NCBI RefSeq assembly: GCF_039654945.1 | Contig: NW_027361709.1 | Coordinates: 6,448,001 to 6,512,000, forward strand | DNA length: 64,000 bases | Direction: 5' to 3' | Origin: Dendrobates tinctorius | Lineage: Eukaryota | Part shown: positions 33,431 through 44,957 of the stretch, one piece after another | How the letters are laid out: the number at the start of each line of letters is the position of its first letter | How positions within the stretch are numbered: the stretch's first letter is position 1 | The notes under the pieces: model-generated | The model's input: the letters and a program-made list of their open reading frames with translations, nothing else | The model's database searches: none | What the model was told of the DNA's origin: nothing | Made by a program: the position numbers and the translations under genes

Positions 33431-35506
33431 TAATGATGGGGTGGTGGGGGAAAAATAAATGATGATGGGGTGGTGGGGGAGAATGCAATGATGTGGTGGT
33501 GGAAAGGACAATAAATGGGGGTGGTGGAGGAGGAGGAAATGATGGAGGTGGTGGAATGGGCAATGATGGAAGTGGTGGGGGAGAAAGCAAAGATAGTGGT
33601 GGGGGAGAAGAAAATGATGGAGGTGGTGAAGAGGACAATGATGGGGTGGGGGAGAGGACAATAATGGGATTCGAGGGGAGGAGGACAATGAGGGGTGTGG
33701 GGAATTGGGATGGGAGGAAGGGGGACTTATAATGGCCTTAGGAACAGGGGGAGGTGGAGGAAGACATATCGCTTATTATGTCTAACACAGTCCCTTAGTA
33801 TATAGTGTACTCACTATGTCTAACACAGTCCCTTTGTATATAGTGTACTCACTATGTCTAACACAGTCCCTTAGTATATAGTGTACTCACTAGTTCTGTA
33901 TAACACCATCCTTAGTTACATAGTTTCCTCTTTTATTATGTATAACACCATCCCTTATTACGTATCATCCTCTCTAGTTATATACGTATTTTGCCGTCCC
34001 TTATTATATAGCTTCCTCTGCTGTTATGTATAGTGCTGTCTCTTACATAGTGTATTCTTGTTAATTTTGTTATTTACAGCGCCCTCTTTTATTACATAGT
34101 CCCCTCTCTTTTTAGATACAAAACGACTGCTGATCGAGGAGCCGGTGACCAGACGACCAGTCCATCAGCTCCTCCATTAGAAAGGAAGCTTTCCCATGCT
34201 CCATCAGCCATCATTGCATTATACAGCCAACAAGACAGGACGGCATGTGATAAAAAACAGGGCTCTATATAATCCAATATGTAAGGGACGGTACTGTACA
34301 TAACAAGAGAGGGCACTGTGTAATAAGGGACAGCAATATACATAATAAAGGAGACTATGTAATATATATACCTGTATGTGTGTGTGTGGCTATATAATAT
34401 CAATATCCATCTATACACACACACACGTAGCTTTGACGCCATAAAAGGAGGGGGGCCCGGACACATTTCTTGCACAGGGACCCCAAGCTGTCAGTGTCCG
34501 CCCCCTGTCCGCCAAAATAATTTGTACTTTCTGTTTTTTTTTTCTGTCACATTATTAAAAATTATTATTAAAAAAGCCATTAGGTCTTCATCCAGCATCA
34601 TCAAGCTAATACATACTTATAGAGAGAACTGCAAGATGAAAGTCTAGAAATGTAGAAATAATAACAGCCGAGTTAGTAGCAGCCTAAAAATTAGATCTTT
34701 GAGTGTAGTGTGGGCTCTTCGGATGCTTCCGGATTATCAATGACCAAAGGGGTGGCAAATTTTTCGACCGCCCCGGGTGCCACGAACAGTTGCTACGCCA
34801 CTTATTGTGATTCTAGAATCCATTATCTGTGGTTTACATAGGACTGCAGGGAAATCTGCTACATTATATCAGCAAGTCACTGCCATGTCCAAAACAAATA
34901 AACTACAAATTCATACAAGAACACTGATATAATTTGGCACGTCTCAGGATTTTACATAGGACTGCAAGAAATCTCCAGTTAAAGCCCTGACTGACTCTGC
35001 CCAGCAGCTGGGTGACACATTCAGCTCTGCTACATCATTCCTATAGTTTGGATCCTTCTCCCCAGACAGGGTGGGTGGGTGCCAGGACCCCCCACATATA
35101 CAGTGGCAGCCTGGGATCCCCCTGCAGCCGCAGATCACGTGGGGGGCGCCCTGTGTTACTTGCACCAATTTAACCCCCCTCTATCTCCAGCCCGGCTGAG
35201 CCCAGACCCCCCAAATAAATCCGCATCTGTCCCTTGAAACCCCCTCTCCTGGTCCCGACCCTGATCCCCCCTGATCGCCCCCGGGAAACCCCCGTAAATC
35301 GCCCCCCAGTGTCACGCCTCCCCACCGCTAGGGCTCCGGCAGCCTGGGGAGACGCCGATCAATCCGGGGATTTCAGGGTTAATAAGGCCGAGATCGGGGT
35401 CGGTTCCCGCGCAGATCGGTAGCGGGGGGTCCCGGGTGCGGGGGGCGGTGCGGGTCCCGGTGCTGGACGCTCCCGGATGGCAGAAAATGGCGCAGAACTG
35501 AGCGGG

Positions 35507-35581
35507 AAGAAACACAAGTTGCGGGGAAGCGGCGCAGGGAGCTGTTGTTGTTCCCAACGTGGTCCGCACCCTCCGTATAAA
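35507..35581 (+). promoter_or_regulatory. Promoter of H1 copy B: H1 box, H4-site-II-like box and TATA box
   Basis: AAGAAACACAAGTT at 35507-35520, CAACGTGGTCCGC at 35555-35567 and TATAAA at 35576-35581, about 45 bp upstream of ATG 35622, within a CpG-rich region. Confidence 0.75.
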
Positions 35582-35621
35582 GGAGGCGGAGGAGGCGGGG
35601 CCGGGACCAGAGAGAGGGAAC

Positions 35622-36158
35622 ATGGCGCAGCGAGAGGTCGCCCCGGCCACCCCCGGCAAGAAGTCCGGGGGCAAGAAGAAGAACCAGCCGGGCCGCTACA
35701 GCCAGCTGGTGGTGGACACCATCCGCAGCCTGGGCGAGCGCAGCGGCTCCTCCCTGGCCAAGATCTACGGCGAGGCCAAGAAGGTGTCCTGGTTCGACCA
35801 GCAGAACGGCCGCACCTACCTGAAGTACTCGGTGAAGGCGCTGGTGCAGAACGACACCCTGCTGCAGGTGAAGGGCCAGGGGGCCAACGGCTCCTTCCGC
35901 CTCAACAAGAAGAAGCTGGAGGGGCTGGCGGTGCCCACGAGGAAGACTCCGGCCCCCAAACCGGCCGCCAAGAAGCCGGCGGCTCCGAAGAAGAGCCCCA
36001 AGAAGGCGAAGCCGGCCCCCAAGAAGAGCAGCAAGAGCCCCAAGAAGGCGAGCGGGAGCCCCAAGAAGAGCAGCAGGAGCCCCAAGAAGGCGAGCGGGAG
36101 CCGGGCCCCCGGCAAGAAGGCGAGCAAGCCCAAGGGGCTGAAGGCCAAGAAAGCCTGA
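35622..36158 (+). CDS. Second H1.10(H1x)-type linker histone (copy B), 178 aa, short basic N-tail and SPKK-rich C-tail
   Basis: The ATG in aacATGg context lies downstream of the TATA box. The H1x globular domain is identical to copy A and the tail carries four SPKK motifs. AATAAA at 36548-36553. Confidence 0.92.
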   Translation: MAQREVAPATPGKKSGGKKKNQPGRYSQLVVDTIRSLGERSGSSLAKIYGEAKKVSWFDQQNGRTYLKYSVKALVQNDTLLQVKGQGANGSFRLNKKKLEGLAVPTRKTPAPKPAAKKPAAPKKSPKKAKPAPKKSSKSPKKASGSPKKSSRSPKKASGSRAPGKKASKPKGLKAKKA

Positions 36159-36547
36159 GAGACCCCAGAGACTGTGCCCGAGCGAGGCCGAGGGGGCTGG
36201 AGAAAGCCCCCCACACTGTGCCCGAGGGGGCTGAAGAAAGCCCCCAGAGCCCAGACTGTGCCCCCCCGCATCCCCCGCGTTCTATTTGTTTATCTTCCAG
36301 GATGATCTTTGATACTTTGTTGCAATTTTTTTTTTCCCCTTTTGACGCTTTCGCTCCAGAGACAATAGCACTTATTCTTCTTCTTCTCCTGTGCAGGGTG
36401 TAAGGGGTTAACCCTGCTGACACTTTATTATGTTTTATTTTTTTTTAAGAATTTGATTATCTGTTTGTTATTGTTTGCATGTGACGTATAACTTTTTTTT
36501 TTTTCTACGGTCTGTAGAATATTTGTTTTTTTTATATATAATTTTTT

Positions 36548-36553
36548 AATAAA
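36548..36553 (+). terminator. Polyadenylation signal of H1 copy B
   Basis: AATAAA ends an AT-rich 3'UTR; no histone stem-loop seen after the stop codon. Confidence 0.65.
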
Positions 36554-39500
36554 ATAACAAATGTCTCATGAGGAGGATTTCGTTTTTTACCGTTTTTCTT
36601 TATAGTTTTGGGGGGAGGGGAGTGGTTTGAACACTTTGTATAGCACCATAAATTCCACAGCATCACAGTGCCCATTGGGGCTCATAAAATAGAAGACATG
36701 GAATCAATGGTGCTATAAAAATTTAAAGCCAGGTCAATATTTAGTGTTTTTATATCAGTATTTGTTTATCAAAATACAGTGAAACAATCCGAGACGTATT
36801 ACAAAGTGATGACGTGTTTCTAGCCCCCATTACTGGCTTTGGATTACAAATACTGATCTAAAAGACACAATGTCTCCCAATGTTACCAGATTTGGGGAAA
36901 ACTACAACTCCCAGCATTTCCTTTACAGATTGGGAGTTGGAGTTTTATCCCAGGTCTTGTGTTCTGGTTATTAACTGCAGATATTGTCATTGGGGGGGGG
37001 GGCGGGGGGCAGCCTTCATTTATTTAAAGGGATTGTCTATCCTAAAGTAAGCGCAGTACCTGTTCCTGCAGCCTCCTGAATACGCCGCTTCCCCAGTGCA
37101 GGTATTGAGCGCTGAGGATTCAGCGAATCCTTGCAAAGTACAATGCCTGCATTTGGGGGGGGATTCAGAAGTCTGCAGTCAGTGATTGAAAACTTTTCAT
37201 TTTGGCCTGAACAACCCCTTTAAGTTCTCAGTTTCATCTTTATGTAATCATCATATTGAAGTAACTTTTTTAAAATCTGGATTTTGCTTTTTGAAAAGTG
37301 CCGATAAATCCATTCATTTCGCACATCGCTGCTGCCAATCGCTCTCCTGATGTAGAGCTCTTGTGCTGCTCAGTGACTGGCAGCAGCGGTGAAAGATCAC
37401 AGAGAAGCCAGAGCAGCCCTGAGGAAGGGTGAGAACTTCTTGGCATTGTGTACACAAGATATTTTTCAGGCAGATTGCAATCCTAACGTGCACCATCAAA
37501 AATTAATTCTTGCACAGTAACGTTAAAATCCAATTTGCTGGTGCAGGTTCCATCTTGCCATTTCTTTTAACCACTTAAGGTAAGGAAACCATGAAGTGGT
37601 TAACAAAAGTGACATGCGCATTCGTCCTAGAGTAAGCTGACCACTCGCTATACGCAACCCCATACTGCGTGAATGGAAATCTGCAAGTGTTTGCATGGAA
37701 GATGTGACTACGGCGCCAGTGTCTAAAAGGCGCCGTGTGCACAGGGCCCGAGGCTGTTATGTTACATTACTGGAGTCATTTCTGGCACCAGAGTGGGAGC
37801 TAATTAATTCCCAGGATCAGAGTTGTAACGTCAAGCTCTTGGGTCCAAACTTTCATGGGTCTGTATTGATCTATTCCTATGGGACAAAAGGTACTTTTTT
37901 CCCTCCCTCCTCCCGATTAGTTGCAGCGCCCCGCACATGTGACCTCTCTCCATACGAGCCCAATCGGTAAGAGGTGGTTTTCGGGGCTCCTGTCCCAGAG
38001 GTGTCACAGATTACTGACGTGACCAATGGGATCAGGTGCTGCGAATAGATTTGGACCAACTATCTTGCACTTTTCTAAAAGTTGGAAACCCCTTTAAATA
38101 GTCTAGGGGGACTGTGGTGCTCCTGCGCATTGCCACATACACCTCGTCCCTAATCTAAATGCAATGATCTGCAGGATCAGACACGTATTGTAGGGGGGTC
38201 TCTTGCTGTGCTGGACCCACTAACCAAACATTGTTGGGCAGTCTTAAGGATAGACGATCAGTATTCTAGTCCTGGAGAACAGGTTTATGCCTGAAACAGC
38301 GCCACATGTCAGTGTAGGCTGTGCAAGGTATTACAGCTCTGCCTTATTCACTTGCTAGGAATGAGCTGTAGTTTCAGACAAAGGGTTAAAAAAATAAAGT
38401 CTTGGTCAGCCCATGTAACAGTAAAGGCCATGTGCTGGGCATCAGTGTTTGGTTAGATGGTGTCCGACGGAGTAATAGTACCTATAATGATTCAGTATCT
38501 CCTGATGCAGGGACTGAGAGTGAGGGGCAGCAGCCAAGAAGATTCCTTTATGGTGCCCCCTGATCTAGATAGAAGTCTGTCAGTGGCCGGAGCGCTCCTT
38601 TAATTATTTGCTGCTGGGTTTTCTCACTTTAGACCCTTATGACATCCGCAGGAAGACGAAGACCTCCTTATAAAGGGTGATCCCATCTCATAAAGTGATG
38701 GAAAATCACCAACTTTATGAACAGCGGGGGTCCGGCCTCCAGGACCTTCACTAATGCCTTCAGCTTATTTTACTGCAGAGCAGCACTCATAGTTCTGCAG
38801 GAGACCGCTTCTTCACGCACTGTACTTGGAATCCCAGGCACCATAACGGGGGCTACAGAGCTAAATGCGGTCTCGTTACATGATCCAGAAAACGCATAAC
38901 CGTTGTTTTAGTTAGTTAGCAGGTGCCATAAACTGCCTCTTTTCTGGAGCCTCCTTCGCTGGCACGCTGCCTGTTCGTGGCGTCATCAAGAAAGAAAATA
39001 GAAAAACACAAGACCTTTAAATGTCGTTTTTTGGTTTCTTTGTAAATGTGAATTTTTGTTACTTTTTGATAAACACTTCTAAAAGCATTGTGACCAAGAA
39101 CAGAACTATAAGGACAGAAGGACTGCAGCCCGGTGGGAGTTGTAGCTGTGCAGTGGCTGGAGAGCACTAATCCCGGGGGATCATGTCCCCAGACACCTCA
39201 GGGGACACCTTGTATTTTGCAGACCCCCCCATCCTACGTACAGTGCACGGTCGTTACATTTGGGGCACAGCTCAGTTTTCTATTTATAATGGGGGACCGA
39301 AAGTGTCGTAAATGCCAACAAAGTCCTGGGGGTAACTGTGTCACAGCGCGGTGGTTTCATGCTACGTGACACACGGCACAGCTGTGTGTGGGGGGTCGGC
39401 ATGTCATGGTGAACCCTAAACAATACCATCCCAGTTGTTGGCAGCAGCTGCTACTTTCTATGACAGCTGCTACAGTCCAAAACTACAGGGCACCACCATG

Positions 39501-40524
39501 GGCTCCGTGTGTGTCAGGTCTATCCCAGGCTTGGACAGACAGGAGCTCTGAGCACCAACGGGGTCAAAATTAAAGGTGGCCGCAGTATCCAGCGCAGCCG
39601 TTATTATATGTAATGGAAAACAATGAAGACGCTCACTAGGTTGGACCCCCATATACTTCGGATGGGTCTAGCTCGGCCCCTGTGGCGGGCGCAGGACACA
39701 GTGACGCAGACTGGACACGTTTCCATTAAAACTGGGGGAAGTTTATTGACACATTAAATAGAAAAAGACATTGTCCTATTTATAAAGAAACAATATTGCA
39801 CGCTATTCATAAAGTGCTTCTAGAAACGACTCGAGACGATCCCACCACACAGGAAAGAACGGAAACTCACTGCAATCAGCGTCATCGCTGTCAACCAAGT
39901 CATCGGACCCTAACAAGACGCCGCGAGAGCACCAGAGGACGGACGGGCGAGGATGGGGCGCCTGGGCTGGACTTACAATGGGGCCATGCTGGGATCCGTG
40001 CTCACTGTGCTGGTGATGAAGGGGCGATAACCAAGTCCAAGACAACGTACCCCCCAATAATACATGCAAGTCCCGAAGCAGAGGGGGTCGGGGGGGCTGC
40101 TGTTGTGCTGTTATATAGTCAGGACCAGAAAGTGCCGAGATCTGACACGTTTCTGGATGTGACGATTAGACCCCCAGCTGAGAACCTTAAGTCCCCCAGC
40201 CTCATCCCACAGCCTCCAAGCGTAAACCCAACCCCAGCGGAAATGAAAGCGGTTAACCCTTACCTTACCAGAAATGTTACAACCTAATAAAGGGCTTGGA
40301 TACAAGACCAGACACGACGGTTCCTGAAAGCCCCAATGTGCAGGAGCTTCATGTAACAGGTGTCATACAAGAGCGAAAATTCAGGGGGAGAAAATGTAAC
40401 AACAGTGGTCAACTTCTTACACACTTTCTCCTGGAGCAGTAGTTGTGCATCAACCAGATGGTGACAGGTTGGGGGTCACCGCTGTGGACTTCAGGAGCTG
40501 GAACATAAGAACTTCCATAGACTA

Positions 40525-41595
40525 GTAATGTATGTACACAGTGACTGCACCAGCAGAATAGGGAGTGCAGCTCTGGAGTATAATACAGGATGTAACTCAG
40601 GATCAGTAATGTATGTACACAGTGACTGCACCAGCAGAATAGGGAGTGCAGCTCTGGAGTATAATACAGGATGTAACTCAGGATCAGTAATATGTATGTA
40701 CACAGTGACTGCACCAGCAGAATAGTGAGTGCAGCTCTGGAGTATAATACAGGATGTAACTCAGGATCAGTAATGCAATGTATATACACAGTGACTGCAC
40801 CAGCAGAATAGTGAGTGCAGCTCTGGGGTATAATACAGGATGTAACTCAGGATCAGTAATGTAGTATTTGTATACAGTGACTGCACCAGCATAGTGAGTG
40901 CAGCTCTGGGGTATAATACAGGATGTATCTCAGGATCAGTAATGTAGTGTTTGTATACAGTGACTGCACCAGCAGAATAGAGAGTGCAGCTCTGGGGTAT
41001 AATACAGGATGTAACTCAGGATCAGTAATGTAGTGTTTGTATACAGTGACTGCACCAGCAGAATAGTGAGTGCAGCTCTGGGGTATAATACAGGATGTAA
41101 CTCAGGATCAGTAATGTAATGTATGTATACAGTGACTGCATCAGCAGAATAGTGAGTGCAGATCTGGAGTATAATACAGGATGTAACTCAGGATCAGTAA
41201 TGTATGTACACAGTGACTGCACCAGCAGAATAGTGAGTGCAGCTCTGGGGTATAATACAGGATGTATCTCAGGATCAGTAATGTATATACACAGTGACTG
41301 CACCAGCAGAATAGCGAGTGCAGCTCTGGGGTATAATACAGGATGTAACTCAGGATCAGTAATGTAGTGTTTGTATACAGTGACTGCACCAGCAGAATAG
41401 TGAGTGCAGCTCTGGGGTATAATACAGGATGTAACTCAGGATCAGTAATGTAATGTATGTACACAGTGACTGCATCAGCAGAATAGTGAGTGCAGCTCTG
41501 GAGAATAATACAGGATGTAACTCAGGATCAGTAATGTAATGTATGTACATAGTGACTGTACCAGCAGAATAGAGTGCAGCTCTGGAGTATAATAG
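40525..41595 (+). repeat. 81/86-bp satellite (cagtgactgcaccagcagaatagtgagtgcagctctggagtataatacaggatgtaactcaggatcagtaatgtaatgtatgtaca)
   Basis: About 12-13 tandem copies; same family as 57255-58480 in the opposite orientation. Confidence 0.95.
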
Positions 41596-42429
41596 AGGCC
41601 AACTATAAGATGCTCACCCCTTGCTGCAGATGTTACGTGCAGTGACTGTGCTCATACATTCTGTTACTTATCTTGCGCAGTTTTGGGGGTGCACATTAGT
41701 ACAATTGCTCGGGATCAGTCCATTATTCTTCATCTCTAAGGTGCTAACACTTTGTATCGGGGACGTCGGTGCAGTGCGGTCCCGCAGGGAGTCGGTGTTG
41801 GGCTGTGGGACATCACAGTAGACCGTCCCCCTCCGTACAGTATTGGGGTGATTGTACATACAGACCCCCATCTCCGTTTCCGGACCACACTGCAGAGAGA
41901 TGAAAATCATCCCTGATAGATCACACACAAAAATAATAAAATTCACATTTTTTGAGCTCATGCAGCGTCACCAATATACATAGCCGCGGCCCCTCCTACA
42001 GGTTCTGCCCCCAAAAAACACATGACCCCCCCACACTCCAGTATAAAAGCAGTTCTGACATTACACGTAGTGTAGAAAGGGTTAAGCAGCGATGTCCGGG
42101 ACAAGGTTCCATCCTGACAACCTGGAGAAACATTACAACACAGCACAACATGTGAACCCTAAGAACACGACGAGCGACCACAACCGGAACTAAGGGGAAA
42201 ACCTCTAAAAGGTGCGGAGCATGGAGAAACCAGAACCATTAACCCTACGTGAACACAGCAGAGAGCGGTGCCGAGGGGCGAGCTCTTTACCCCCCATGCC
42301 AGCAAAAAAATTAGCTCCAAAGGGGCCGATACGGAAACCGGGGCCACAAAGAACCACGAGGGCCAAATGTAGAGTGTAAGCCCACTGCACTCCGAGAAGA
42401 ACCCCTGGAAACTGAGGGGCAGACAGGAG

Positions 42430-43650
42430 CGAACCCCTGCGGGACCGTATGCGGGGGCAGGGGTTAACCCCTGCGGGACCGTATGCGGGGGCAGGGGTTA
42501 ACCCCTGCGGGACCGTATGCGGGGGCAGGGGTTAACCCCTGCGGGACCGTATGCGGGGGCAGGGGTTAACCCCTGCGGGACCGTATGCGGGGGCAGGGGT
42601 TAACCCCTGCGGGACCGTATGCGGGGGTTAACCCCTGCGGGACCGTATGCGGGGGTTAACCCCTGCGGGACCGTATGCGGGGGTTAACCCCTGCGGGACC
42701 GTATGCGGGGGCAGGGGTTAACCCCTGCGGGACCGTATGCGGGGGCAGGGGTTAACCCCTGCGGGACCGTATGCGGGGGCAGGGGTTAACCCCTGCGGGA
42801 CCGTATGCGGGGGCAGGGGTTAACCCCTGCGGGACCGTATGCGGGGGCAGGAGCTAACCCCTGCGGGGCCACATGGGGGGGCAGGAGTTAACCCCTGCGG
42901 CACCACATGGGGGGGCAGGAGCTAACCCCTGCGGGACAGTATGCAGGGGCATGAGTTAACCCCCGCGGGACCGTATGGGGGGGTAGGAGCTAACCCCTGC
43001 GGGACAGTATGGGGGGGATCAGGACAGGAGTTAACCCCTGCTGGACCGTATGGGGAGGTGGGAGTTAACCCCTGCTGGACATTATGGGGGGGGTCAGGAC
43101 AGGAGTTAACCCGTCGGACAGTATGGGCGGGGCCAGGACAGGGGTTAACCCCTGCAGGTCTGTACAGGGAGCCAAGACAGGAATTAACCCCTGCAGGACA
43201 GTATAGGGGCCAGGAGAGGAATTAAACCCTGTAGGACAGTATGGTGGGGCAAGACAGGAGTTAACCCCTGCAGGTCTGTACAGGGAGCGAGGACAGGAAT
43301 TAACCCCTGTGAGACAGTACGGAGGGGCAGGACAGGAGTTAACCCCTGTAGGACAGTATGTGGGGCAGGACAGGAGTTAACCCCTGCAGGTCAGTAGGGG
43401 GCAGGACAGGAGTTAACCCCAGTTGGACTGTACAGAGTCAGGACAGGAGTTAACCCCTGCGGGACAGTATGAGGGGACAGGAGTTAACCCCTGCGGGACA
43501 GTATGAGGGGGCAGGACAGGAGTTAACCCCTGAGGGACAGTATGGGGGGGGCAGGACAGGCGTTATCCCCTGCAGGACAGTATAGGGGGCAGGACAGGCG
43601 TTAACCCCTGCAGGATAGCATGGGGGCAGGGCTGAAGTTAACCCCTGCAG
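42430..43650. repeat. 34-bp GC-rich minisatellite with palindrome GCAGGGGTTAACCCCTGC
   Basis: Homogeneous copies at about 42430-42850 degrade into diverged copies towards 43650. Confidence 0.93.
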
Positions 43651-43928
43651 GACTGCACTCTGTACCCCAGTCTATACAGAGGATTGTGGAGGTAAAATCT
43701 GCAATAATGAATATTAACCCTTGAAGGATGTCAGACCGCCCCACCAATAGTGGAGATGGGGGTAATACTGGACACAGCATTGGTGGAGCTTAGGATCGAC
43801 ACCAGATTGATCGCTGCGCTGATCTATGGCCGACGATCCCCTCTCCCGGAGCAGACTCTGGTGCTGGGCTGGGGGTCCCTCGCTCCCCGGGCTCTGTGCT
43901 GGGCTGGGGGTCCCTCGCTCCCCGGCGC

Positions 43929-44342
<414 letters not shown>

Positions 44343-44464
44343 TTAGCGCCGGTTCCCGGGAGCAGCGCCGGGCGCGGGGGCCGGGTATGACGTACCGTGG
44401 TAGGTAGCGCGTTACACGGGATCACCTGCGGGAGCTCTGCCCTCCGCCACAGCCAGCGCCGCAC

Positions 44465-44520
44465 TGACGTCAAGCCCCGCCCACTCCGGCCTAGCCTACA
44501 GCGCTGAACACTCGGATTGG
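44465..44520 (-). promoter_or_regulatory. H2A promoter elements: CRE, GC box, CCAAT
   Basis: TGACGTCA at 44465-44472, CCCCGCCC at about 44475-44482 and ATTGG at 44516-44520, within a CpG-rich region with no obvious TATA. Confidence 0.6.
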
Positions 44521-44957
44521 CTAGTATCTGAGCGCTCCCTCCTTCTCAGTGGACAGTCCGTCATCCTCGATTTGCATGGACACGCCCCTCCCGAGTCTCC
44601 GCGTTCTGTTGTTGGATGGAACGTTCCGAGAACTAATAGGAGACATCGCGCGAATCTGATTGGTGGAAAAGATTCTAAACGATATTAATAAATACAATGT
44701 CTGACAATGGCTAATTATCACCAATAGCGCTTCCTCCATGATTAACCCTTTAATTACCCATCAGAAATGACATTCAATGGAAAACTGTAAAGGTCATGGG
44801 CAGGGGAGGGGGCATCAAAAGCAGAGAGACCCTTGTGCATGGAGGGGGCCTTATTTCCCAACTAATATTTTACTACATCTGTCCCTGATGTTACCAGCCC
44901 GAGAACAGTCCTGATCCTGACAGTGAGATGGAAAAACTGCTTCCCAGACTACAAATC

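Larger units (their letters stand above)
31982..34803. mobile_element. Non-autonomous hAT-like element with internal G-rich minisatellites and two N gaps
   Basis: TIRs CAGTGGCGTAGC / GCTACGCCACTT and flanking 8-mers ATCGTGAT / ATTGTGAT, differing by one CpG-type change. Confidence 0.7.

Noticed and set aside
31932-33688. ORFs spanning N runs and Pro/His-rich repeats
   Set aside because: Artefacts of gaps and minisatellites.
35477-36403. 308-aa alternative-frame ORF, and the 199-aa GTG-start version of H1 copy B
   Set aside because: Both start upstream of the TATA box; ATG 35622 is the plausible start.
40525-41595. CRISPR-like regular repeats
   Set aside because: No unique spacers and no cas genes; eukaryotic satellite.
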